Shown here piece after piece: positions 20,413 through 30,431 of a DNA stretch of 64,000 bases. The notes under the pieces were generated by a model. That model was not told the DNA's origin. It searched no databases and saw only the letters and a program-made list of their open reading frames with translations. The position numbers were made by a program, and so were the translations under genes. The stretch is from Gemmatimonadota bacterium. Its GTDB lineage: Bacteria; Gemmatimonadota; Gemmatimonadetes; Palauibacterales; Palauibacteraceae. The stretch spans positions 672,001-736,000 of the forward strand of contig OZ220691.1 in the NCBI GenBank assembly GCA_965116475.1, read 5' to 3'. The number at the start of each line of letters is the position of its first letter. The stretch's first letter is position 1.

Positions 20413-20904
20413 GTGTACGAGATCGCCCGTCAACGCCGGTGCGTCGGCATCATGCTTCTCGGCCTGGTCGCATGCGGTGACGGCGGCGATGGCGTCACGC
20501 AGGTGGACCCGAACCAGCCATCGATTACCGGTACGTGGAACGCGGTACTTCCGTCAGGACGGCTGACGCTCGAGCTGCGCGAGCGGACCGCCGGAGTCGT
20601 GACCGGCAGTTACAGCATGCCGGTCAACATCGGGTTTGCCATATCGGGCGCGATAGAGAGTGGCGATCACCGCCATCCCGACGTGGTCCTCCGCTGGTCG
20701 GCCCAACTTCCGGAGGCTACCGGCGTCGATGTCGTTTCGGACTGCACGATTGAAGGAACCGCGGGAGACAACGGGATCTGGATCAGAGGTCAGATCGTCT
20801 GTACCGAGGCTCAAGGCGTGCTCGAATCGCAACGCGGGCCGGTCACTGTCATCTTCGGGGGCTTCAACGCTCCGATCACGCTCAGCCGCCTTCGAATAGG
20901 CTGA
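20413..20904 (+). CDS. Hypothetical lipoprotein
   Basis: AAGGAG RBS, GTG start, LVAC lipobox, SITGTW beta-rich domain. Confidence 0.65.
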   Translation: MYEIARQRRCVGIMLLGLVACGDGGDGVTQVDPNQPSITGTWNAVLPSGRLTLELRERTAGVVTGSYSMPVNIGFAISGAIESGDHRHPDVVLRWSAQLPEATGVDVVSDCTIEGTAGDNGIWIRGQIVCTEAQGVLESQRGPVTVIFGGFNAPITLSRLRIG

Positions 20905-20917
20905 CGAACAGGCTGAC

Positions 20918-20951
20918 AAAAAAAGGGCCGCCCGTCGCCGGGCGGCCCTTT
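20918..20951 (-). terminator. Intrinsic terminator of the cold-shock gene, likely bidirectional
   Basis: AAAGGGCCGCCCG-TCGC-CGGGCGGCCCTTT hairpin with a 7-T tract on the minus strand, between convergent genes. Confidence 0.85.
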
Positions 20952-20985
20952 GCAACTCACCGTTCGCCTCGTGGCGGTCGGCAAA

Positions 20986-21195
20986 TCACGCGACGCGGGT
21001 CACGTTCTCCGCAGCCGGGCCCTTCGTCCCGTCCGTAACGTCGAACTCGACGGCCTCGCCCTCCTTCAGAGTGCGAAAGCCGTCCGCCTGAATCGCCGTG
21101 TGGTGTACGAAGCAGTCCTTACCGCCCTCTTCCGGGGTAATGAACCCGAAGCCCTTCTGGTCGTTGAACCACTTCACGGTACCTCTCGTACGCAT
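20986..21195 (-). CDS. Cold-shock protein (CspA family)
   Basis: [15 protein letters not shown]...DCFVHH...KGPAAENV. Confidence 0.97.
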   Translation of the reverse strand: MRTRGTVKWFNDQKGFGFITPEEGGKDCFVHHTAIQADGFRTLKEGEAVEFDVTDGTKGPAAENVTRVA

Positions 21196-21416
21196 TTCCT
21201 ACTCCTTCGTTAGTCATGTCGGAGTTCGGGAAACCCGTCGCTGCCGACCGCTGACCTGTTCGACGCGGTCTCCCCCGCGCCAGGGTCGTGGCACTCGCCA
21301 CGCAGAAAACTAAAGAAAAAGGGGCGACCCGTTGTTGAGAGGCCCCCCCGATCCTGCGATCCTGCCTTCTCAGTTCGACCGTACCCGGCGTCGCCGAGCC
21401 CGTCCGAACGCGCGCA

Positions 21417-21445
21417 ATGATCGCCTCCCGGCCCTCAAACGTCAA
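21417..21445 (-). promoter_or_regulatory. Putative sigma70 promoter of the csp gene (long 5' UTR)
   Basis: TTGACG-N17-GATCAT about 220 nt upstream of the ATG. Confidence 0.45.
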
Positions 21446-21459
21446 GGGGCGCACCGACC

Positions 21460-21975
21460 TCAGCCGGTTTCCGTCCCCACGAGAGGGCTTCGCCGTTCGA
21501 GCAGAAGCACGTCGCGCCACCGCCCGCTGAGCCTCCCCAACCGCTCGCGCCGCCCCACGCGGCGGAAGCCGGCCCGCTCGTGGATGCGGAGGCTTGCGAC
21601 GTTCTCCGGGAAGATCCCCGCCTGCAGCGTCCAGAGCCCGGCGCGCTCGGAGGATTCGACGAGCGCGGTCAGGAGTCTGAGGCCGACGCCGCCCCCGCGC
21701 GCGTCCGCGTCGACGTAGACGCTCACCTCCGCGACGCCGCCGTACACGCAGCGTCCCGAGACCGGAGCCAGGGCCGCCCATCCGACGATGCGTCCTCCCC
21801 GCTCCGCCACGAGCCGACAGCTGTCGAGATGGCTCGCGTCCCACGACTCCCAGCCGGGCGCTTCCGTCTCGAACGTCGCATCCCCCGTCTCGATCCCCTC
21901 CTCGTAGATCCTTCGCACCACATCCCAGTCCCCGTCACTGAGCGGACGGATCTCGAGGATGGCCGGGCTCGTCAA
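21460..21975 (-). CDS. GNAT N-acetyltransferase (YncA/phosphinothricin acetyltransferase-like)
   Basis: IYEEGIETGDATFET, EVSVYV, WTLQAGIFPEN, WRDVLLLERR. Confidence 0.9.
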   Translation of the reverse strand: MTSPAILEIRPLSDGDWDVVRRIYEEGIETGDATFETEAPGWESWDASHLDSCRLVAERGGRIVGWAALAPVSGRCVYGGVAEVSVYVDADARGGGVGLRLLTALVESSERAGLWTLQAGIFPENVASLRIHERAGFRRVGRRERLGRLSGRWRDVLLLERRSPLVGTETG

Positions 21976-21990
21976 CGCGCTCTCAACGCG

Positions 21991-22551
21991 CTACTGGGCC
22001 TCCGCGAGGACCCTCTCGACGAGCGCCGTCGTTTCTGGTTCGAAGGGATGGAAGCGGCCGCCCCAGTACGCCCGAATCAAACCCTCCGCGTCCACCAGCA
22101 GGGTGTGCGGCACCCCGGGGTAGAGGTCGAGCGCCTGGGTGAGTCCGGGACCATCGCCGAGGAAGTTCGGATACGTGATGTCGAACTCCTCCAGGAATCC
22201 CTCGACGAGCGCAACGTCGCCTTCGTCGATGGAAATCCCGACCACCTCGAGGGGGTCGGCCGCGTATTTCGCGTGCATCTGCTGCAACTCGGGCATCTCG
22301 TCGCGGCAGGGGATGCACCAAGTCGCCCACAGGTTCAGGACGACCACCTGGCCGCGGAACCGGTCGAGGTCCGCCGGCCGGCCGTCCAGGTGCGTCACCT
22401 CGAGCGGCGGGAGGGCGCGGTACGAGGCGGGCGAGCGCTCGGCCGGCTCCGGGGCCCGCGCGGCGTCTCCCGCGGCTCCCTCGCGCTCACCCCCGCCGCA
22501 CCCGGCCGCGACAGCCGCCAGGGCCAGCGCCCCGAACGCCGCGCGCCTCAC
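21991..22551 (-). CDS. TlpA-family disulfide reductase lipoprotein
   Basis: Lipobox AAGC, NLWATWCIPC. Confidence 0.9.
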   Translation of the reverse strand: MRRAAFGALALAAVAAGCGGGEREGAAGDAARAPEPAERSPASYRALPPLEVTHLDGRPADLDRFRGQVVVLNLWATWCIPCRDEMPELQQMHAKYAADPLEVVGISIDEGDVALVEGFLEEFDITYPNFLGDGPGLTQALDLYPGVPHTLLVDAEGLIRAYWGGRFHPFEPETTALVERVLAEAQ

Positions 22552-22578
22552 CGGTACAACTCCGGATTCTCCATCGCG

Positions 22579-23253
22579 CTATTCATCTCCGTCCTCATCT
22601 CCGTCCTCATCTCCCGTGTTCATCTCCCGTTCAAAACCCAGGTTCGTGGGTGTGGGGAAGACGCCGGGCGGGCGGGCGTACGGCTGGTCCGTGATGACGA
22701 CCTCCGGCTCCGTCGTGAGCGGCACATCTTCGGCGACCGCCTCGAAGGAGAGGTCGTCCACCCACAGTTCTCCATCGCCCGTGAGCATCGCCCCGATGAG
22801 GATCGTAACCCCTTCAGGCGGGATGTCCACCACGATGTCGCGCGTCTCCCAGTCCTGCGTGCCCTCGACGCGCCGGTCCTCGCTGTTGTCCAGCGCGAGC
22901 ATGGCGTACTTCCCCTCGAGGATGCCGTCCACCCGCACCCAGAGGCCGCCGGAATCGACGTCGTCGGCCCGCAGGTATCCGCGGAGGCGCATCCGCTTGC
23001 CGCGGTAGGAGGTGGCGTCGACGAGCTGCACGCTCGCGGCCCACTGGCTGCGGCGCCGGTTGCCCCGCGCCTCGAGCCGCATGCTGGAAGACCCGGAACG
23101 GGCGACTTCGGGGTCGAGCCGGAGGCGATAGTCCTCGGCATCCTGTCCGACGAGGACCCACGCGTCCGGCATCTGCGCCGCAAGTTCGCCGCCGGTCGCC
23201 GGAACCAGGGCGGCGAGCGCGAGGACGGCCCCCGCCGCCGATCTCCGGATCAT
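22579..23253 (-). CDS. Secreted galactose-binding-like domain protein
   Basis: Signal peptide, YRGKRMRLRG...GLWVRVD...GTQDW...GELWVDD...PTNLGFE. ATGA overlap with the upstream gene. Confidence 0.7.
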   Translation of the reverse strand: MIRRSAAGAVLALAALVPATGGELAAQMPDAWVLVGQDAEDYRLRLDPEVARSGSSSMRLEARGNRRRSQWAASVQLVDATSYRGKRMRLRGYLRADDVDSGGLWVRVDGILEGKYAMLALDNSEDRRVEGTQDWETRDIVVDIPPEGVTILIGAMLTGDGELWVDDLSFEAVAEDVPLTTEPEVVITDQPYARPPGVFPTPTNLGFEREMNTGDEDGDEDGDE

Positions 23254-24710
23254 CGCGGGATGAGCCAGAAATCGACCTGACGGCCGTCGATATACCACGT
23301 GCGCTCGCCGTCGAAGAACGCGTCCTCCTCGAGCATGATGCGCACCGCCTGTCCGCCCCATTCCGGGACCGGGACGGCCGCGTTGAGTTCGATCGAGTGC
23401 GCCGTGTTCGGGAAGAGCGGATAATCGCCGCGCCCCGGCACGCCGCCCTGGTTGTCCCAGAGACCGATCGTGGGTCCGGCGCCGTGGCCGTGGAAGCCGA
23501 TCGGGTGGGTGTAGATCGTCGCGTCGATCCCCTCGGCCTTCGCCTGCTGGAGCGCGCCGGCGAGGATCTCGTTCCCCGAACGCCCCGCCGCGAAGTTCTC
23601 CGTGAGGATGTCCTGGAGACGGTTCCCGACCGCGAGCGCGTGGACGAGACCCGCGGGCGCGGCGTCCTCTCCCGGCTTCAGCACGTAGGCGTGCTGCTGC
23701 GTGTCGGTGTTCAGGCGCAGGTACTTGATCCCGAAGTCCACGTGCAGCAGGTCGCCCGGGCGGATCACGTTCTCGTCGGGAGGGGCGGAGAAATCCCCCT
23801 CCCCTTCCCTCGCGCCGCCCGCCTTCTCATGGCGCTGCACGGAGACGCTGGGCTGGAACCAGGTCGCGAGCTTGAGTTCGAGGATCCGTTCGCGGTACCA
23901 CCACACGACATCCTCGGTCGTCGTCACGCCGGGCTGAATCACCTTCGCGCTGAAGCCTTCGGCGATGATCCGGTGCGCGATCCGCACGATCTGGGGATAG
24001 ACCTCCATCTCCTCGGGCGTCCGCGTCTCCAGCCACCCGATCGCGAGGCGTTCGGTCCCGGCCACCCGTTCGCGGTACGTCGCCGGGAGCGCGGCCATCA
24101 GCGCGTCGTACTCCGTGCCGGTGAGCCCGTCCGCGAGCGCGAAGGTCGAGGAACGGTTCACGGCGATGCGCTGCGGGTCGCGCTCGGCGATGACCTCCGC
24201 CACGCGCCCCCACTGGTCCGGCTCGCTGTCCGGGTCCCACGCGCGCGGGAAGGGGCCGATGTCGTACCGGGCCACCGCGAGCCGTTCCAGCGGCTGTCCC
24301 GGCCCCCGGTCGTGGAGGATGAGGACGGTGCGCCGGCGGGCCGCCATGTACGTGGAGGGCAGCATCGTCTCGATCACCGGATCCTCGTTGTATTCGCGGG
24401 CGGCGACGATCCAGAGGTCGACCCCTTCGCGCCGCATGATCTCGGGCGCCACCGTCTCCAGCCGCCCCTCGAGCCAGCGGTCGATGACGGCGGCCCGCTC
24501 GCGCAGCGGGAGGATGACGGGCATCGCGCCATCCGTGCGCTGGGCGTCCGCGAACCCGCCGTCCGGCGGCATGGCCGCTTGCGCCGCCGCCGGCGATGGA
24601 CCGGGCGCCGCGAACAGGACGAGGAGGAGACCGGCGGAGAGGAGACCGGCGGAGAGGAGACGGGCCGGCTGCACCCGTGCGCCCGGGGAGCGTGGTGTCG
24701 AAACGCGCAT
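23250..24710 (-). CDS. M24 family (Xaa-Pro) peptidase
   Basis: GDLLHVDFG, NTDTQ, THPIGFHGHGAG, SIE, LEED. Confidence 0.88.
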   Translation of the reverse strand: MRVSTPRSPGARVQPARLLSAGLLSAGLLLVLFAAPGPSPAAAQAAMPPDGGFADAQRTDGAMPVILPLRERAAVIDRWLEGRLETVAPEIMRREGVDLWIVAAREYNEDPVIETMLPSTYMAARRRTVLILHDRGPGQPLERLAVARYDIGPFPRAWDPDSEPDQWGRVAEVIAERDPQRIAVNRSSTFALADGLTGTEYDALMAALPATYRERVAGTERLAIGWLETRTPEEMEVYPQIVRIAHRIIAEGFSAKVIQPGVTTTEDVVWWYRERILELKLATWFQPSVSVQRHEKAGGAREGEGDFSAPPDENVIRPGDLLHVDFGIKYLRLNTDTQQHAYVLKPGEDAAPAGLVHALAVGNRLQDILTENFAAGRSGNEILAGALQQAKAEGIDATIYTHPIGFHGHGAGPTIGLWDNQGGVPGRGDYPLFPNTAHSIELNAAVPVPEWGGQAVRIMLEEDAFFDGERTWYIDGRQVDFWLIPR

Positions 24711-24850
24711 TTCGAATCTCCGTTGGAATGTCGAGCGGCCTGAACCTATCGAATCCCCCGAATCCCCCGCACCCGGGAGAGGGCTCGGAGAGGGCGGTGG
24801 CGGAAACGGCCCGCAGGCCGCCATCGTAGGATCTTCCAGCCCCGGACCGG

Positions 24851-24892
24851 AGGGATGCCTGATGAGGGATGCCTGATGAGGGACGCCTGATG
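24851..24892. repeat. 3 x 14-bp tandem repeat (AGGGAYGCCTGATG) ending in a start codon
   Basis: Read directly from the sequence. Confidence 0.85.
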
Positions 24893-25159
24893 AAGGACGT
24901 GGATTCGGATCTGCTGCCGGAACTCTACTCCCGGCAGGAAATGGACCAGAAACTGGACAAGGCCCGCCGGCGACACCGGATCGTCGGACGCATCGAGGGG
25001 ATCGCAGCCACCGTCGTCGCGGGCACGATCTTCAGTTTCCTGGGCTGGATTCCGACCGTCCTCGTGCTCGGCGCCGCCGGCTACCTCATCTACCGCTTCG
25101 TCCTCAAGCCCCGGAAGTCATCGAGAGCGTCCGGTGCTGCCAAGGAGGATCTGACGTAG
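24890..25159 (+). CDS. Small hypothetical membrane protein
   Basis: MKDVDSDLL...two hydrophobic segments. The 3' end overlaps the convergent gene. Confidence 0.6.
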   Translation: MKDVDSDLLPELYSRQEMDQKLDKARRRHRIVGRIEGIAATVVAGTIFSFLGWIPTVLVLGAAGYLIYRFVLKPRKSSRASGAAKEDLT

Positions 25160-26496
25160 GTCCGGCCGGGGTCGTTGGGACTCGTGCCGACCTCGCGCAC
25201 GAGTCCTCGTTCGACGAGCCGGGCCAGACGCGTCCGCGTGGACCGGGTGGAGAGGCCGATCGCCTCGGCAATCTCGCGGGTGGCGTAACCCCCGCCGCTT
25301 TCCAGCAGCGTGATGATCGTACTGTCCCGCTCGTCGATCCTCGCTGGCGCCACCTTCTCGGTACGCAGAGTCACGCGCACGGAGAACCCGATCTCTTCCC
25401 ACACCGGGGCCGGAAGACCCGCGTCCCGGCAGGCCCCGATCATCCGCGGCACGCCGCTACCCCACTGTTCGACGAGCCCGAGTTCGTTGAAGACACGCCC
25501 GAGCACCCGGTTGCGGAGCTTCGAGACGCCGAGCGGCAGATCTTCGAGGGTGAGGCCGAACGGCAGCAGTCCCGGATTCTCGATCTCCAGACGATCGTCG
25601 AACATCGCGACGCGGATGGGCGCGCCCCGCTGTGAGTAGTCGGCGTGGACCACCGCGTTGACGAGCGCTTCCCGCACGGCCGCGGGCGGCAGACTCCAAT
25701 GCTCCGTGCGCCGGAGATGGCCGATGGTGGCGCCGTGGAGCAGGTGTTTTTTCACGAACGAGACCGCTTCCTCGACCGCCTGCAGGGGCGGCATGTCGAG
25801 CCGCGTCTGGTCGACGATGACCGCTTTGCTCGCCCCGCCGAAGCGCCCCGCCTGGATCCACGCGTCGGGGAAGAGGTCGAGCCGGTCCCGGCCGAACAGC
25901 AGCATGCCGCCAACCGTTGGCACGAGACGGCCCTGGTGAGAAGCGAGGAGGCGGAGGGTTTCCAGGTCGCGGCGCCTCAGCCTTCGGACCGGCGCGAACG
26001 ACTCTGAAGCGGCTCGGAAGTCCAACGCTTCCGAGTCGGCAGTCGGCAGCGGGCGCTCGTCGTAGGACTCGCCCGTCGCGAAGCGTCCCAGTTCCGCGAT
26101 GAGTGGCGGGTCGGCCCGACGGTTGGTCGAACCCACGCGAACGTAGGTGCCCCCTTCGAGACCCGCCCTGGCGATGAAATGCGGCCGCGCCGGGCTCGGG
26201 TGGATCCGTACGGCCAGGGCCTGCTTGTTCCGGAACCTCAGGATCTCGAGGTCCGGAAGCAGCCGAGGTTGAATCGAGTCGGCGATCAGGTTGGCGGCTC
26301 GTTCCTCCAGGTCGAGCGGCCGCTCGACCCCCGCCACGTGGCCGGTCCGGTCTTCCACGCCGATGAGAACGGTGCCGCCCGCCGTGTTCGCGAACGCCAC
26401 GACCGTGCGCAGGAATCCCGGCGGGGACGAGAGATCCCGTTTGAATTCGAGGGTTTTGCCCTCCGGCCGGAGGAGTAGCTCGCTCAGATCCATCAC
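25090..26496 (-). CDS. AlbA_2 (Schlafen-like) + RecG-C/HATPase_c_4 + HTH protein
   Basis: EGKTLEFK...AFANTAGG...IGVED, then REALVNAVVHADY...ENPG...RNR...WGSG, then a C-terminal HTH. Confidence 0.9.
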   Translation of the reverse strand: MMDLSELLLRPEGKTLEFKRDLSSPPGFLRTVVAFANTAGGTVLIGVEDRTGHVAGVERPLDLEERAANLIADSIQPRLLPDLEILRFRNKQALAVRIHPSPARPHFIARAGLEGGTYVRVGSTNRRADPPLIAELGRFATGESYDERPLPTADSEALDFRAASESFAPVRRLRRRDLETLRLLASHQGRLVPTVGGMLLFGRDRLDLFPDAWIQAGRFGGASKAVIVDQTRLDMPPLQAVEEAVSFVKKHLLHGATIGHLRRTEHWSLPPAAVREALVNAVVHADYSQRGAPIRVAMFDDRLEIENPGLLPFGLTLEDLPLGVSKLRNRVLGRVFNELGLVEQWGSGVPRMIGACRDAGLPAPVWEEIGFSVRVTLRTEKVAPARIDERDSTIITLLESGGGYATREIAEAIGLSTRSTRTRLARLVERGLVREVGTSPNDPGRTYVRSSLAAPDALDDFRGLRTKR

Positions 26497-26586
26497 TCGG
26501 AAATCTACTCTGAAGTAGTATCGCCTGCAAAAGCTTCCGAGTTTCTACTTCCTCCTTCGGATCAACCGACCATCAATCGTCCGCGT

Positions 26587-26991
26587 TCAGGGCCAGACGG
26601 CGAGCACCACCGCCTGTCCGATGAGGGCGACGGCGTTGTAGCCGAGGCTCAGGAAGAAGATTCCGGGCTTGCGGTTCTCGTAGGCCACGCCCTGGTGTCC
26701 GACGTTGAGGACGAACCCGACCGTGACCAGCAGCCCGACATGGACCCCGATCATGGCGCCGGAGCCGCCCATCACGGCGATGAGCTGCGCCAGGACGTAG
26801 GCGGTAACGAGCGAGAGGACGAAGCTCGCCCCGTGCGTCTTCACCGGGTTGAAGTCCTTCTGGATCTCCTCCGCGGTGGTCTCCATGAGCGAGAGCCACT
26901 GCTTGCCGAAGATCGGGCCGTACCACAGGAAGCCGACGACCAGCGGAACGACTCCGGCGACCAGGATGGCGAGCCAGTTGACGTCTTGCAC
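26587..26991 (-). CDS. DUF1761 membrane protein
   Basis: VNWLAILVA...GFLWYGPIFGKQW, 4 TM segments. Confidence 0.85.
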   Translation of the reverse strand: MQDVNWLAILVAGVVPLVVGFLWYGPIFGKQWLSLMETTAEEIQKDFNPVKTHGASFVLSLVTAYVLAQLIAVMGGSGAMIGVHVGLLVTVGFVLNVGHQGVAYENRKPGIFFLSLGYNAVALIGQAVVLAVWP

Positions 26992-26994
26992 GGT

Positions 26995-28995
26995 TTATCT
27001 CCTTTGGAGCGGGAGGTGGATCGCCGACGGGCGGGCGGCGGCGTGATGAATCGTGTTCTCCGCCGGGACCATGCGCGTATGGCGCCCGAGAGGTTCGCCC
27101 GTGTTGGGGTTCACATCGAAGCGAGGGTAGTTGGAACTCGAGATCTCGAGCCGGATGCGGTGGCCGGCCCGGAACAGGTTGGCGGTGGGAAAGAGCCGGA
27201 TCTCCATCTCGTAGACGTCTCCCGGCGTCATCAGCGTCTCGCGCTCGCGGGAATCCCGGTAGCGCGCGCGGAGGATCCCGTCCGTGATGTTGAGGTCGAA
27301 CCCGTCCGGGTAGTCGTCGTTGGGAGGATAGACGTCGACGAGCTTGGCGGTGAAGTCGGTGTCGGGCGCGCTGGACGAGGTCCACAGCGTGACGGAGACC
27401 GGGCCGATGACCTCCAGGTCCTCCGCCAGGGGCGCGGTCTCGAACACGAGCACGTCGGGCCGGTCGGCGGTGCGGCGGCCATCGACCTCGGAGGCGAAGA
27501 AGCCGTTCTCCGATCCACCCTCCAGCGAGCGGAAGGTGCGCTCGCGCTGGTCATAGCCCCCCCGCTTGAGGGCGCCGGAGAAGGCCCCGCCGATCGTCGG
27601 GACCGGGTGCTCCGGATCGTAGGTATAGGCGGTCGATCCCTCACCGCGGTTCGGCGGCTCGCGCGTGAGCCCGCCGCCCGCGCGGAGGTGGAAGGGCGTC
27701 GCTTCGGTGTCTTCGAGCGGCCAGGTCTGCGCGGTGCGCCACTCGCCGCCGTGGAAGAGGCGGCCGTTCTCGTCCCGGCGGCCGTCGCCGCCTCCCATGA
27801 CGAAGATCGTGACCGGGCCGGCGGCCTCGCCCGCCAGCCTGTCGTCGCTCTCGAACAGGTTGTTCGCGCGCTGCCCCCGGAGGTGCCGGTCGAACCAGCG
27901 CAGGTGAAACTCGCGCGAGAAGTCTTCCACCGCGGCCTCGGCCCCGAACTCGACGTCGCCCGCGTGGGAGCGGCTGTTCCCGCCGTGCGTCCACGGGCCC
28001 ATGAGGAGCGTCATGGGCGACGACTTCCGCCGCGAGAGTTCGATGAAGCTCTGGATCGTGCCCGGGGCGTAGGAGTCGTACCAGCCACCGACGTGCAGCA
28101 TCGGGACGTCCGACGTCTCGTCGTAGTACTCGACCCAGTTGCGGCCGATGCCCCGGAAATAGTCATCATAGTCGCCGTGGTTCTGCATCGTGAGGTAGTA
28201 GTCCTCGAAATTCGGCGCGGCGGCGAGCGGATTCTCCCCCTTTCGGAAGGGGGTGTCCGGGAACCAGTCCGATGGCGGCTCCTCGGCGAGGCGGAGGCGG
28301 ATCTCGGGGTCGTCCGCGACCGCCGCGAGCTGGAGGTGGGCCCAGCCGAGCTGCTGGCCGAGTTCGAACGCGCCGTGGTTGCGCACCTTGTGCGTCCACG
28401 CATCGGAGAGACCTCCCATCGTGAGCGCGAGCGTCCCGAGCCCGGGCGGGTTCAGCTTGGCGGCGTCGGCCTGCGTGTGCGCGCCGTAGGAGGTGCCCCA
28501 CATGCCCACGGAGGGTTCCGCGTAGTCGAGCCCCGTGATCCACTCGATGGTGTCGTAGCCGTCTGGCGCGTCGAACTCGTGGTACTTCTGGAAGGTGCCC
28601 TCGGAGGCGTAGAGCCCGCGCGTGTCCTGCAGCACGACGACGTAGCCGTGCGTCGCGAACCAGCGCGCCTGGTCCACGAGCCCGCGCGAGGTCTTGTCGT
28701 ACGGGGTCCGGTGGAGGAGGACGGAAAACGGCCCAGCGACGGGTTCGTACTCGCGGGACGGACGGTAGACGTCGGTCGCGAGGCGGATGCCGTCGCGCAT
28801 CTCCACCATGAGATCCGTCTCGACCTGGAGGGCGTCGTACGGTCCGCGCCCCGCCGCGTCGGCCGCTGCGTCCAGAGCTGCGTCCGTCCCCTCATCGGAG
28901 CGCGTCGCATCGCCGCAGGCCGCGAGCCACAGCGCTCCCAGCAGCATTGCCGGCAGCGTGCCCGGCAGCACCAGGGCGTCGGCGGCGCGCCTCAT
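26995..28995 (-). CDS. CocE/NonD family hydrolase (lipoprotein)
   Basis: MRDGIRLATDVY, RTPY, GTSYG, GGWYD, GPWTHG, SSSNYPRF. Confidence 0.92.
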   Translation of the reverse strand: MRRAADALVLPGTLPAMLLGALWLAACGDATRSDEGTDAALDAAADAAGRGPYDALQVETDLMVEMRDGIRLATDVYRPSREYEPVAGPFSVLLHRTPYDKTSRGLVDQARWFATHGYVVVLQDTRGLYASEGTFQKYHEFDAPDGYDTIEWITGLDYAEPSVGMWGTSYGAHTQADAAKLNPPGLGTLALTMGGLSDAWTHKVRNHGAFELGQQLGWAHLQLAAVADDPEIRLRLAEEPPSDWFPDTPFRKGENPLAAAPNFEDYYLTMQNHGDYDDYFRGIGRNWVEYYDETSDVPMLHVGGWYDSYAPGTIQSFIELSRRKSSPMTLLMGPWTHGGNSRSHAGDVEFGAEAAVEDFSREFHLRWFDRHLRGQRANNLFESDDRLAGEAAGPVTIFVMGGGDGRRDENGRLFHGGEWRTAQTWPLEDTEATPFHLRAGGGLTREPPNRGEGSTAYTYDPEHPVPTIGGAFSGALKRGGYDQRERTFRSLEGGSENGFFASEVDGRRTADRPDVLVFETAPLAEDLEVIGPVSVTLWTSSSAPDTDFTAKLVDVYPPNDDYPDGFDLNITDGILRARYRDSRERETLMTPGDVYEMEIRLFPTANLFRAGHRIRLEISSSNYPRFDVNPNTGEPLGRHTRMVPAENTIHHAAARPSAIHLPLQRR

Positions 28996-30431
28996 GCGGG
29001 GGCGCCTGCGGGGGCGCCTGCGGGGGCGCCTGCCGGGGCGTCCGCCTGGGCCGTCGAGAGGGCGTCCACGAGGTCGTCGATGTGCGCGAGTTCGTCCACG
29101 CGCTCGAGCCGGTCCAGCGCCGCTTCGATCCGCGCGTCGTCCATCACGAGGCTCGCGCAGTCGCGGAACTTGTCGTGCAGTTCGTCCCGGGTGAGGGGCC
29201 GCTCGGGCCCGCCGGGATACGTGTCCGCCTCGGTGTGAAGCTCGGTCCCGTCGCGAAGCCGCACGTCGATTGCGCTCCGCATGCGGTCGTACCCGCGGGC
29301 GTCGATCTCCTCGTCGAACCGGACCGTCACGCGCCCCATCATGTCCGCCGCCTCGTCGGAGAGGACGAAGTCATCGTGGAACTCGCGGATCCCGGCCCGG
29401 CGCCTGAGGACGATACTCGAGAGGACGAAGGGGATGCAGAACTTCGCCTCGAGTTCGTTGTTCGGGCGCGGATACCGGAGGGGGTTCAGGATGTTGTGTC
29501 CGGCGCGGAAGGTGATGTGCGCGACGTCGTCGGGCTGGAGGTCGTGCTCCGTGACGAGTTCGAGCATGGCGGCCATGCTGGGGTGCCCGAGGCTCCCGGA
29601 GGGGAACGGCTTCACGGAGACGCCGGGGTCGAGCAGCGTGTACGGGGAGCCCAGGGCGCCGATCAGCCGCTCGGGTTCGAAGCCGCCGCCGAAGACGCGG
29701 AAAAAGCCCCACGGCGCCTCCAGCGCATCGTGCCCGGCGGTGAAGCCGCGGGCGGCGAGGTCGACCGCCAGGATGCCGTTTTCCGCCGCCCGGCCCGCGT
29801 GCAGCGGCTTCGTCATCGTGCCGAACCCGAGCCGGATGCCCGCCGAGAGGCTGGCCGCGATCCCGAGCGCCATCGCGAGATCGGCCGCCTCCAGCCCGGC
29901 GAGCTTCGCGGCCGTGGCGCAGGCGCCGAGCGTGCCGATCGTCGCCGTCGAGTGGAATCCTTCCATGTAGTGCCGCGGGTCGATCGCCTCGGCGATCTTG
30001 CACTCCACCTCGAACCCGATGAGGAAGGCCTCCAGGAACTCGGCCCCCGTGGCGCCTTCCCTCTCGGCCACCGCGTACCCCGCCGCGAGAGGCGCCACCG
30101 TCGGGTGGGTGAGGAGTCCGAAGATGCGGTCGGGCGCGTTCGAGAGCTGCGTGTCGTCGAAGTCCATCGCGTGGCCCGCCGTTCCGTTGGCGCGCGCCGC
30201 GAGCGATGCGGGGGCGCGCGCGTCCGGCGGACCGATGATCGTCGCCTGCGCGTTGCCGCCCTGAACCGCGATCTGGTCCTGGACGATGCGGGAACAGCCG
30301 TCCGTGGACCCGGCGAGGATCACCCCCGTCCCATCGGTGACGCAGCGCCGTCCCTCGGACAGCAGCCGCGCCGGGAAGTCGTCCATCTTCGTCTCGAGTA
30401 TGAAGTCGATGACCGCACGCGTCGCGCTCAC
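28992..30431 (-). CDS. MmgE/PrpD family protein
   Basis: GTG at 30431. NGTAGHAMDFDD, HP, GFHST, GTMTKPLHAG, KPFPS. Confidence 0.92.
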   Translation of the reverse strand: MSATRAVIDFILETKMDDFPARLLSEGRRCVTDGTGVILAGSTDGCSRIVQDQIAVQGGNAQATIIGPPDARAPASLAARANGTAGHAMDFDDTQLSNAPDRIFGLLTHPTVAPLAAGYAVAEREGATGAEFLEAFLIGFEVECKIAEAIDPRHYMEGFHSTATIGTLGACATAAKLAGLEAADLAMALGIAASLSAGIRLGFGTMTKPLHAGRAAENGILAVDLAARGFTAGHDALEAPWGFFRVFGGGFEPERLIGALGSPYTLLDPGVSVKPFPSGSLGHPSMAAMLELVTEHDLQPDDVAHITFRAGHNILNPLRYPRPNNELEAKFCIPFVLSSIVLRRRAGIREFHDDFVLSDEAADMMGRVTVRFDEEIDARGYDRMRSAIDVRLRDGTELHTEADTYPGGPERPLTRDELHDKFRDCASLVMDDARIEAALDRLERVDELAHIDDLVDALSTAQADAPAGAPAGAPAGAPA

